From the NCBI GenBank assembly GCA_047495785.1, contig JBLDXI010000003.1:2666001-2730000 (forward strand): a stretch of DNA of 64,000 nt, written 5' to 3'. Shown one piece after another: positions 37,066-49,051 of this stretch (position 1 is its first letter; every line of letters starts with the position of its first letter). The translations under genes were made by a program, and so were the position numbers. The notes under the pieces were generated by a model. It saw only the letters and a program-made list of their open reading frames with translations, had not been told where the DNA came from and ran no database searches. This stretch comes from Lepidodermella squamata. Lineage: Eukaryota; Animalia; Gastrotricha.

Positions 37066-40019
37066 TTACTGCCGTTTTGGACTCTTGTTTTTCCGAGCAC
37101 GGCGTGGCTTTCGTGATGAGCTGCTGCTGCTACTGCTGCTACTGCTACTGCTACTGCTATTGCTGCTAGAGCTGCTTGAATTGCTAGAACTGCTCGAGCT
37201 TGAACTGGAACGCTGAACGACGTGGCGTCTCGGCTTGCGCTGCCTTAACGCATCCATCGCAGCGACAGAATTCACACTGACAGAGTCATTACTTCCATCC
37301 TCTTCTAGCATATTCTCATCAGACCAGACAACCCAATACGTCTCTACCCGTCCCTTAGCGTCGGACTGAAAGAAAAGTCTTCCTGATAGAATCAAAGAAA
37401 GAGACTCATTTCGTACCTCGTCGAAATCGATCACTCCACGATGAGTAAAATGAAGTTCCCCGTAGTCGGCTAAACGTCGGGCGACATTCGCCGTTACCAG
37501 TACATTCAAGGGCAAACAGAACATGTGAACCAAAGATGCTGTCTGCAGAACTTCTCCAGCCAGGCAGACTCTCGGAATTTGCAGGTGAACTATTCGAGAA
37601 TACGCAGGGCCAAAATGAACACCCATTCTTACGCAGATGTCTATTTCGTTCTCCTGATTATCTTCGTTGTATTCAGCAATTCGATCGCGGATCTCTAGAG
37701 CTAAGAAGACTAATTCAGCGACTTGATCCAACGATCTTCGTTCACCGACCCCAGCGCCAATACTAAAAAAGTCGCCGTGAACATCCAGTTTGAAGCAGTT
37801 AAATCGCGACATCGCTCTCTCCACCATTTGATAGTAAGTCTCAAGGAATTCGGTCAGTTCATTACCCTCAAGGGTAAGGATAACGCTTTGAATATTAGCC
37901 ATGTCCAGCATGAGCACAGCTGTGTCGCTGTAGTAGCGAATTTTTGGTATGCGCATGGGGTCTTTCGCGACTTTGGCCATTTGAGGTGGAAGGTAATCGT
38001 AGAGTAACTTGAAAGCCTCATTCAACGTCTGGAAATTCTTGTGAAATTCTATTATTTGATTTTGAAGGCGGACGGTTCCGACAACGTGGATGGCCACATT
38101 CATCAAAACAAAAAAGCAGGCTACGACAAGCATGGCCAAGGCTGAAATATAGTCTTTATTTATGGGCTATGAATTTGGTTTAAAAAAGTGCTTACAGAAG
38201 ACCGATTCTTCCGACCATGTGGAGGCGTAATAATCCATAGAAGCTTTCACTCGCCGTCGGAGTTGCGCGAGAAACCAGTTTATATTCACCTCCTGGGGCC
38301 TACATGCTGATTCGACCGTTTCCCCGCTAATCGAAGTGAAATCCAAAACATTGACCTATGAGTTGCTGTTGAATTATATCGTTCTGTAGGAAAGTTTTCC
38401 TTACGTATTTACGCTGCAGGATTTCAACCTGTTTATGAGCATCTTGGTCCTCTGTCAGGTTTCGAACCTGAGCTTCCGAGTAGTCAGAATCCAACGCGGC
38501 TATAGAAAGGAACTCTTCGTAGCGAATGAAATAAATGACGATTGCTTTGAAAATTGCATCGTCATAGCTAGTTACAGTTCGGTCTGAAAATCCGTCAAGC
38601 GTTAATTGGAAGAATTTGAGGCAGAATCTTACTTTCAGCAGCCAATTTCTTTAGAACAACAGTGTATCGTTTCAAATTTAACAGCTGTTTCGAGAATAAT
38701 AAATTGCGAGTTTCAATAAAGGAAAACTCTTATACCGCTTGAAATGTATGAAGAATAGCAAGAAATTCTTGCCAACCAGGAAAACGAGGTGCGTCCAAGG
38801 TAAGCGTTCGACTAGCATAGACAATGTTATCAGAGACCGTTGAGTAAAAATCTATGACGTTTTTTTCTACGGCAGTAGAGTTTAGTATAGCCATGATTGA
38901 AATTGATGATTCAAATCCATACCTGAAGTCCCATTTGGTGCCTTTCGAGTATCTCTCTGGGCCCGAAGTGCTGTTCTCAAAGCTAGGGATGATGAGATAT
39001 TCGCGCGAGCACCTGCAGGGAGCACGGATAAATCGTCCTCGTCCAGCCAAATGTCGATCCAAATCAATTTCTAAAAGTAAAATTACACACCAAACTACAT
39101 GAATTATCCAGTATTTACCGTATCAACCGCCTTGGTGTAAGTTTGCGCTTTTTGCAGAAAATCCTATCACGGAAAATTTGATAAATGTCTTAATTAAATT
39201 GGATCCGCTCCTATGGCATACGTCATATGGCCCTACGTTGAACCTGAAAAGGATAAATTTGAGACAATTTGATAATCGATGGTTTCAGATATTTTGATAG
39301 ACTCACTCGTAGAACGGATCCATTTCCTGAGCTAACAACAGAGCGACGTCATACCTAAACAGCAAATTTGATAATATATGCTAATACATCTGAAGTTTCA
39401 GCAACGCACATTTCCGATGTTTTCCTGTTCCTTAACTGCAATTAGGAAATGATAGTAAAATGCTATGAAATGCAATTAGGAAAGGAAGTAAACTAACATT
39501 GAGATCTTTACTGCGCAAAATTCGCAGGTTGCTAAGCTCAACATCGGTGTAGAGTTGGACTCCGATCCCAGCGACAGATAAGATTGCGGAGAAAGTGATC
39601 TATATGAGGGAGCTGTCTTCAATGTAGTCTTGGAATGAGGAAAAACTTACAACAAAAATCAGCACAGATCGTCCTGTGTCGCTGGAAACCTTTGGATTGA
39701 AGACATCCCAACACATGGCTAAGCAGCGTCGTGCGAATCTTGCTTTTAGGGCATAGTCACTGCTACTATCCGACGAGCTGGTCACCGCGCTGATTTGATT
39801 AACGTACCTATACCCTTCGAAGGTCTTCATTGGCACTGCGACCGAGATAACTTCGTCGTAATCTAAGGAACTGGTCTTCTTCTTTTTCTCCGTTGATTTC
39901 CCGGGCATTTCCAACCCAGATTCTGTAGTTTTCAGTACGGCATCAGCCGACTTGGCTCGTCGAACTGTCTCAGCAACGACGTCAGCAAAACCAGGCTTTT
40001 CAGGTTGAACTTTTGCCAT
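37066..40019 (-). CDS. NIT-like 2-TM receptor with degenerate guanylate-cyclase-like domain, copy 7
   Basis: Close paralog of copy 6 (FADVVAETVRRAKSADAV; AKDPMRIPKIRYY). MLDMAN, KLDVHGDFF, VRMGVHFG, PRVCLAGEVLQTASLVH and a poly-Ser tail. Confidence 0.88.
37118..37208 (-). repeat. Coding low-complexity repeat encoding poly-Ser in the copy 7 tail
   Basis: (ctg/cta)n tract on the + strand, equal to AGC/AGT codons on the - strand. Confidence 0.85.
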
Positions 40020-40241
40020 TTAAAAACAAAGCGACTTCTTCTACTGATCTGAATAATGAATAATTTATTGTCCAACAATTCAATTTGCATGTCCACGCAT
40101 TAATTAATCAGGTTAGCCTCTTTTAAGTTAAGATGGTAATTAATCAAACAGAGTAATTATCCTCTTTGCTTTTACTTGAATCAAATTGATAGCCACGCAT
40201 CACTAAATATAGTCAAGCCTTGAATCACTAAATATAGGACC

Positions 40242-41492
40242 TCACATCATTAATCCAACCAAAACGGCAATCACAATGAAACATACAAAAGAAATAGAAC
40301 TGAAGAAAAGAACATCCAGCAAGCGAATTTTAGTTATTTCGAGACTCTCTACACCCATAACCAAAACGGTTTGTTTATAGCTCTTCCTTTGAGCTAATTC
40401 GCAAGAAATCCCTGTATAGACTGTGATGACCATGCCAATAAATATTTGAGAGGAAACTAAAATCGCTGCGTAAGGAGTTACAGACGATTTGGGAATGGTA
40501 TCATCAATCACAGACTGAAGAATGAAAAAAGCCAGAAGGACTGTTATACTATAGCACGGCCGATCAGCCGCTTTTGGCGGTAAAAAGCACGAAGAAAGCT
40601 GGAGGATCATGAGACAGCAACACGGCAGAAAGAAACCATTCACATAAAATGACGATTTTCGTTTGAAAGAGAACGTAAAGTAGATGCGGTCGTAATTACC
40701 ATCCCAGCTGGGGTAGGTTTGCTTCTTCGTCAAACAGCTGACATTGACAAGCGTCCAAATTTCTCCATCGTCAATGAAATCAACCAAAGCTCCTTCCATT
40801 TCAATGCCTTTGCCATCTATTATCAGGGCGATTATGTAAGATTCGAAATAGCTCTCGAAAACAATGGAGCAGTCTTGCGTGTCAAACGGAAACTTTGAGA
40901 GCCTGGCAAATCAACTCAGGTTTTTGAAATATCAGGATAATTCTGAAAACATACTTCATTTTACATTTCGACTCAACTGTTGCTACAATTTGCCACAGCA
41001 TGTTGCCATTCTTGTAAATGTACATGGGCGTAAATTCAGCAACACTAGATTGAAATTTCCTGTAAACAAGAATTAGAAGAGCATGAAAACTTACCGAGCG
41101 AGAAAATTAGCATCTTCTACGGCATTATTGTGCATTAGCTGAACTCGCCAAAATTTATTGGCGGTATCTTGAATTCGATCGATTCTAGAATAAGTTGCAG
41201 TATCATTCGACCCCCATGAGATGCACGGGTGGTTCCATGTGAAGTCGATCTCAGTCAAAATGGAGAAGCTTTGTTCCTGATCTTTTATCTCTCGAAAGCC
41301 GTAGGGAAGCACCTTTGCTTTGACTTGCAATGGCTGCGAGTAATTGTTAACTGGTCGGGTGTTCACATCGAGGCTGCATTTGGTGTAGAGCCATTCTTTC
41401 AGCTCCTGTTCTTGTGATTTAAATGGATCATTTTCACTCCAATCAGCTGAGATTCGGGGGACGAAGGCAAGAAGGACCAGAGGAACAATCAT
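40242..41492 (-). CDS. Cys-loop ligand-gated ion channel subunit, nAChR-like non-alpha, copy B
   Basis: Clear paralog of 18282-19544 with the same intron positions. Cys-loop CKMKLSKFPFDTQDC and M2 DRPCYSITVLLAFFILQSVIDD. Confidence 0.9.
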
Positions 41493-42220
41493 AGCTCCAA
41501 TGGCCGGGTCAAAACTTCAGCAGTACCTAGGACGTCTAGCTATTTGTGACAATGTTACGTCGAAATTTCTGTCTCATAGAATATGTATTTTTGAAGCGAT
41601 AAAGTTAATTAAAACAGTGAAAATCAAACAGCATAGATTGGATTTGCGTCATTCTACACGAGATGTTTGCCATCAAGCATCGCTTGTTATCGATTGAAAG
41701 ACAGAGCGATAGAGTTATTTCTTCCAATCAGAAATACTTTCTTTTTCGGACAATCCCTCTATGTCATCTTTGTTGTTTCAAAGCGAATTCAGACTTTGCT
41801 TATCATTAAAAGCCGATACCTATTTCAATATATGTAGCGCTTGTTGAATATTTTCGAGAAACGTCTTGTTCTCCATATATTCAAGCTAATCATGGTTTTC
41901 CAACCTAGTGAAGCTTTCACAAATCAAGAAAACATTGATTCACAGAGTTATTTAAAAGAGCAAGGAAAATTGTGGGCCCCCTTAAAAAAATGGTTGATCT
42001 CAAAAGACCCGTGAGCTTCTATTACTCCTCTATTACATGGTGAACACGATATATTTATTGCCAAATCAAAAGGTTTCAGGGGTAGATTGTTTTCTTTGAT
42101 GAGTGACACACCAAGAGCAGCGCATATGAGTGGGGAGTGGCGAGTTCATAATAAATAATAAAGATTGGCTATTTACGATCTCATCTAATTTTTCTGTCTT
42201 TGTCCCTTCAAACCGCAGCG

Positions 42221-44941
42221 TTAATGCATCTTTTCGGACAGCTGGAAGGAAGCTGTTGATTCCGATGATAGCTTCGTTTTCTCTGAGATGAGGCTCTTGA
42301 TTTCATCATCGTCGTCATCGGGGATCTCCCAGTCAGCCCAGTAGGCACGAATCGGTTTGTCTTCAGTTATTCCATCGACTTCTCCTCGGAAAGTGAACTC
42401 GATCTCCTCAATCTTTTTCCGCAGCAGATTTCGAACTGAGTCAGAAACTTGAACTTTCATCGCTGGAAGAACGAGAAATGTATAGCATTAAATTAAAAAA
42501 ACTGGTTGTGAATTACGCAAGCATGTCGAGTGAATAATTGAAACTACTTGGACTGCCGAGCCAATAGCGACAAAGCGAGGAAACTGGAGGTAGGCAGCAC
42601 GAGCACTACAAGTTCCTACATGAACTCCGAAACGCATAGAAACATCCTGATCGATTCCCTCGAGGCCGTCGTTTAATTCTTTCATTTTGTCTCTCATTTC
42701 CAGGGCGATGAACAGCTAAAAGCTAAGGTTAATAAGCCTTAAAAGATGAGCAATATTAATACCATCTCGGCAATATGCTGATTCATGAACTGATGTTCGC
42801 CGAAGCCAGTACCGATCATGAAACAGCCTCCTAATACGAAATCAAGATTTTGTGAACTGTGATAAATTAAATGTACCTGTGACTTCGATTTTGAAGCAGC
42901 TGTGCTTTCGCAGGCACTCTTCAATCATTTCGTAAGTTGTGTACATTGTCCGAGCGAAATCTTCCAAGCTCAGATCGTTCATCAAACTTCCAGCGCTCAC
43001 GTCAAATATCATTAGACAAGCATCTTAATAAAATTAAATAAGCTAAAAATCCTTGATATCAGATGTTTACCTTCATACTGATGAACAGGTATGGGTTCAC
43101 CGTCCCTCATACTTTTCGATAATAAGTAAGGAATATTTGCCTTCATATCCGGTGAATCAGGCAGGTAGTTGTAAATCAACTCGAATGCCTCTTTCAGCAT
43201 ATCGAGATTGGCCTGTAGATCAAGAATTGTGCCTTGTAGCCGGTATGTTGCAACCACGTGAACAGGAATTGCGACAATGACGAAGAATGCCGAGATGCAA
43301 GTGATAATCATCGCTAAATTAATAGGAAAAAATACTTTGCTTCTATTCTTAGGCAAATATTTTACAAAATTGTTCAATGCTGCTCCACTTGCCAGCAGCA
43401 TATGCCATTGCATCTGCTGTTCTGCGACGCAATTGAGAGAGAACCCAGTTGAGGTTTTTGTCTTGCTTGTCAGCCGGTTCTTGTACCATTTCCGGCGACA
43501 ATGATGTGAAGTCTAGTTTCCCTACCTGCAAAATAATATGTTTGCCTGCGATTTCTAAGAAATTTGAACCTACGTATTGACTTTGCAAACGCTCAAGTTG
43601 CTTATACTGGTCTTGATCGTCAGTGATGTTGCGCATTTGCGCTGCTGAAAATTCTGAGTCAAGCCTTGCGATGGATATGAATTCGGCGTAGCGAGTGTAG
43701 TACAGCATGATAGCTTTAAAGACCGGGTCATCATAGCTGCTAACAGTACGATCTGCATTTAATATAAAAAAAAGTAGGTTATCTTGCAACGAGATATGGA
43801 AGTCGATCTTACTTTCCCCGGCTAATTTAGACAACACTATGTTGTAGCGTTTCAAATTAACAACCTACGAAATGAGATATGCAGTCTATTCTTGTTATTG
43901 CGAAAGGGGTTTCATACTGCTTGAAAGATCCGAGATATTGAGAGCAATTCTCCCCATCCCGGAAAACGTTTCGCAGCTGTAGTCGTCGTTCTTGCAATAA
44001 TGGCTAGATTATCGCCGATTTTCGAATAGAAGCTCAAAACATCCGCCTCTGGTGTAAAATTATAAGCTTGTCATTTGCACAGAATCTATTGTTAAAGCTT
44101 ACCGACTGATCCGTTAACAGCTTTACGAGTATCCCTCTGAGCTCTGAGGGCCAGTCTTAATGCAAGGGATGAGGTTATGTTCGCTCGCTCGTTAGAAGGA
44201 ACAACAAGAAGATCGTTTGGCGAAGGCCAAACATCGCTGAAAGTCAATTTCTGAAATGATATTTTGAACTCGGAATGTAATCATATGATGAATCTCTTAA
44301 TCTCATATACCGTATCAACTGCTCGCATGACATCCTTAGCTTTTTCTTGAAACACATCATACGGACCTTTGTTGTACCTGGAAATCAAAATTAATAATTT
44401 CTACTCAGCTTGATTGGCAATTAATTTTACATGTAAAATGGTTCCGCTTCAAGAGATAGCAGCATTGCTACGTCCATCCTTTAATAATTATTCTTCAAGC
44501 GTTTACGAAGCATTGTTCTTGTTCAAGTTTACATTTCTGAGGTAAGAAGACTGACAGACTGGACAATGGGAAAAAATTGACACGATAAAACGTTTTACTT
44601 GGTTCGCCTCACCTTCAAATCTCGGGCTTCTTTTGCTCTATCATCGGATAGCTCACTATCAGTGTAGAATTGGACTAATATTCCAGCAACGGCAATGAGC
44701 GCAAATGAAGTTATCTGAGAATTCGACTCAGCTAAATAGAATTAGATCAGGATTCTGATATTACCGCAATATAGAGAACCACACGGCCAAGAAGAGTCGA
44801 AACTTTCGGGCTAAGCAATGACAGCCAGAACTGAGTGCATTGGTACTCGAGAACGTTGAAACGCTGAGAAAAATATTTCGGCCGAGGATAGCCGTCATCG
44901 GTTACGATTGACGGCTTCTTCAGAGGGGCTATCGAAGTCAT
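42221..44941 (-). CDS. NIT-like 2-TM receptor with degenerate guanylate-cyclase-like domain, copy 8
   Basis: LSPKVSTLLGRVVLYIA, LIYNYLP, IFDVSA, KIEVTGGCF, MRFGVHVG, PRFVAIGSAVQVVSIIHS and an acidic tail. Confidence 0.85.
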
Positions 44942-45355
44942 AGGTATGCGCTTACCTTGAACTTGGAAATTCGCAAAATACTTCGAGATAAATTACTATG
45001 ACGCTCTTCAACGCATGCACCTGATTGACCACAACTAGTAAAGTTAATTACGATCGTTTGATTACAATCAAAACACGAATTAGGCGAATGAAACAATTAA
45101 TTTTACTGGGCAAAAACTGATTTAGCAAGCTTAAAAAGCTTTTTACCTTGATTAGTCACCCAACCAGACACAATAAAGCTGTTATACTTAATCAGAAAAT
45201 ATTTACGCGCCAGTGCTAATCTATATCGAAAGCAATCGAACATCTAGGTAATATTAGACCATAATACTATTATTTAGGACGATTTAATCGCATGTTTCTT
45301 TGTAAATGCTCAGAGCATTTTTAGACTTGAGTTCAGCGACAACAACAAAGTTGGA

Positions 45356-48102
45356 TTACGTGTGCATGTCTTCGGACAGTTGGAAAGATGCCGTTGATTC
45401 GGATGAGATCTTTGTCTTTGCGGAAATAAGACTTTTGATCTCGTCATCGTCATCGTCCGGAACTTCCCAGTCGGCCCAGTATGCACGAATCTTCTTACCT
45501 TCTGTGATTCCATCGACTTCGCCACGGAATGTAAATTCGACTTCTTCAATCTTTTTACGTAAACGATTGCGAACAGAATCAGAGACCTGAATTTTCATAG
45601 CTAAAAGATTCAAAATTTGGTATACAATTCGGAAGGAAAGAATATCTCTCACGTAAGCATGTTGAATGGATAATTGAAGTAATTTGCAAGGCCTCCCCGC
45701 CAACGGCCAGGCGTGGGAACTGGAGATAGGCTGCCCGAGAAAAGCAAGTTCCGACATGAATTCCAAATCGAAGAGATACGTCAAGCTCGATGCCGTCCGA
45801 TGTCTTATTCAATTCCGCCATTTTGTCACGCATTTCAAGGGCAATAAAAATCTGGGGAATAAAGTTATCCACATTTGAAAGATATGTCAACCGAGTCAGA
45901 CCATTTCTGCAATGTGTTGCTGAGTCATTCGAGGTTCTCCGAATCCAGTTCCAATCAGGAAAGACCCGCCCGTGATTTCAATCTTAACACAACTGTGCTT
46001 TCTCATGCAGTCTTCAAAGAGCTCGTAGGTTGTGTAAAGAGTTTGGGCGAACTCCTCAAGGTTCGAATCACTTATCAGGCTCCCTAAATTGTTGATGTCA
46101 ATGATCATGAGACATGCATCTGTACAAGGAAAAATTGAGAGAAAACGGTGGAATTTTTCCTTAAAAGACCTTGATGGCTTTGCATTTGGGGCACATCGAT
46201 CGATCTGGTTAGGAGAGCTTTTGCTTCATCCCCCTTCCCATTAGGGAGATAACCATAAATGAGATCAAAGGCTTTTGTTAAGGTGTCTAAGTTGCTTTGC
46301 AAATCCAGGGTTGTGTTGTAGAGGCGATACGTTCCGATGATGTGGACAGGAATCGTTAGTAGGACGACAGCAGCGGAGATACATAGTAAAGCCAAAGCTT
46401 TTAAGAAGGAGTTGGACAACATTAATAGCTAGGATTAAATCTTACAGAAAATCTCGTTGCTAGTCCATCGTCCAGCAGTAAATTCAATTGATTTTTCCAC
46501 GCGGTGTCTTAACTGTGATAACACCCAATTCAAGTCCTGATCTTGCTTTCTTGCCGGCTCTTGAACCATTTCAGGTTCCAAGTTCGCAAAATCCAATTTG
46601 GCAACCTAATATCTGAAAAAATGAAATTTCGCCAGGAAAACTGAAAGTATTACATAGGTATTCTGTAGGCGCTCCAACATTCGATAAGGATCCTGATCTT
46701 CAGTGATGTTTTGCATCTTCTCGAAGGAGAATGGCGAGTCCAGCTTTGCTGTAGCTATGAACTCAGAGTACCTAGTGTAGTACAGCACAACGCTTCGATA
46801 TACCGGATCGCTGAAATCCGTAATCGTTCGATCTAAATAGGGTTTGACTTGAAATCAAGGATTCTACGTTCAAAGAAGGGAACTCACTGTCTTCCGCTAT
46901 TTTGGACAGCACAAGGGCATATCTCTTCAAATTGATTATCTGAGGAAGAGTCGAAAGGAAAGTTGTAGAGAAGGTACTCATAAGGATTTACCGCTTGGAA
47001 AACTCGAGTTGTAGATAGGAACTCGCCCCAGCCTGGAAATCGCTTAGCATCGACAGTAGCAGTGCGGGCTATGATAGCAAGATTGTCGCCAACAGTTGAA
47101 TAGAAATTGATAACTTCGGCCTCTGTTTAACATTTCGAATTAGGTGGATTCCGAGAGGGGAATAATGTATTACCAGAAGACCCGTTAGGCGACTTTCTTT
47201 TGTCTCGTTGTAGCCTCAGAGCCGAACGAAGTGCGAGAGTCGATGAGATATTCTGACGCTGGCTTGACGGGATTACCTCCAAATCAGTTGGAGACGGCCA
47301 TATGTCGCTGAAAGTTAATTTCTGTTTAAGAAAATTGTCTTATAACGCAATTGTTATAGTCAAATTTGACAGTACCGTATCAACCGCTCGCATGACATCC
47401 TTGGCTTTTTCCTGGAACATCTGTAACCGTAAGAAAATGAAGTACATCAGATTATGATTGATTATTGATTGGCAACTTACTTCATATGGACCTGTGTTGT
47501 AGCTGGAGGAAATAAGAGCTGTTATCACAAATAAGGTTGTGAATCAAGCTGAAAGTTACGTGTAAAAAGGTTCAGCCTCCAATGCGAGAAGCATTGCTAC
47601 GTCCATCCTAACAATAGAGGTAAGACTAGTTTATCCCACCAAAATCAAAGTGATTCTTCTTACAGTTCAGATGTCAAATATTTAACATGCTGTGAAAGGA
47701 AAACATTTGAAAATCTTGAGTTGGATAGTCCGGAGTCCGGAACTTACGTGTAAAGTCTTGCTAGCTTCTTCCCTTTCTTTTGCCAGGTCAGCATCCGTAT
47801 AAATTTGTACTCCTATTCCAGCGACCGATAAGATCACAAAAAACGCAATCTGAAAATAATATCAAATTTGAGAATAGTTAGTTTTTTGGTCGAAGTAAGA
47901 ATGAAATCACCGCCGTGACTAGTGTATTTGTGCCCAGAGTTGTTGTAACTTGAGGTCGCAAGATCTTCAAACCCACGGCGCTGATTTTGCTGATGAGAGA
48001 CGGCCTCTTATACCAAATTGAGGATGGTTTCCGTGAAACTTCAGTCGCTTCTGATTTCGGCAACTCATTGTTAACAGCAATCGCAGGAGTTACTGCGGCC
48101 AT
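45356..48102 (-). CDS. NIT-like 2-TM receptor with degenerate guanylate-cyclase-like domain, copy 9
   Basis: LRPQVTTTLGTNTLVTA, FQEKAKDVMRAVDT, LIYGYLP, IIDINN, KIEITGGSF, LRFGIHVG and PRLAVGGEALQITSIIHS. Confidence 0.85.
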
Positions 48103-49051
48103 TTTGTCAATTACAAAACAGTTTGAGACGAGAAACTGAACAGTGAAAATGTTTAGTTTTATTTTTTTTGTTATGTATATAAATGATTGTACGCGGAAAC
48201 AATAAGGTGATTAACCTTAGGACGTATCTATATTCGATTTAGTACGGCTGATATTGTTGTTTTAACCTGTAGATACAAGTAAACAACTTCAGTTGTTTTC
48301 AGTAAACAATCTTTATGTATTATACCTAGTTATTTACGTTCCGTATAAAGCGCCGAACGAGGTTTGACCTTAAAACTGTTTGTCCACACTGATCTTCCGC
48401 ATAGGGTGCATTATGAGTCTGGGTCAAGTGCAAAATCAAGTTTCGCAGATTCAAAAGTTGTCATTCTAGTTTCCCGGAAAAAGTTTAGAGTAAGTGACGG
48501 TAAGTTCGAAGATACCTATGGATCTTTGGTTTTAGTCACCCTGGTGACACCTGAAAATGACTAAGAACCCTAGGCACTGGCCCTTGCAAATCTGGCCCGC
48601 GCGGTGGTTAGTTATCTGAGGTGTGGAACCTTTCATCGGGCCCCAACGCAACTGCCTTGCTTGCCTAATGGATGATCCGGACCTGATTGTTACACCGGAT
48701 CTCTTTGCTGATTTCAATAGCATTAGGAATGAGACCGCATAAGGATTTTGCAGGGAATTTGAATATGTGTAATGCGAGTGATTCAAAGTCATCTAAAAAC
48801 CTGGCTCGTTGGTTTCGCCATATGGGCGGCAGCTGACATTCTAAGCAACTGATGGCTTCCAAACGTCAAGGAGTGAAAAGTCAATAAAATCTAGCTTCCG
48901 AATTGACTGTTTTGCGTGTTAGCTAGAACTAGCAACTTCAAATTATTTTTTATCCAAAATTATCAAAACTGCTTTGATTGGCTAATAATATAGGTCACGA
49001 GAGTCAATATCCTTTGTCTCATTCCTTTGTTGATTTTTTGTCTATTACTTC

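Noticed and set aside
36966-37169. ORF ending in CCCYCCYCYCYCYCC, superficially metallothionein-like
   Set aside because: Antisense reading of the poly-Ser codons of copy 7.
40199-40240. 14-bp direct repeat atcactaaatatag
   Set aside because: A small local duplication just past the channel stop codon, with no evidence of function.
48364-48862. Short ORFs between copy 9 and the oxygenase-like gene
   Set aside because: Overlapping short frames with non-ATG starts and no coherent gene model.
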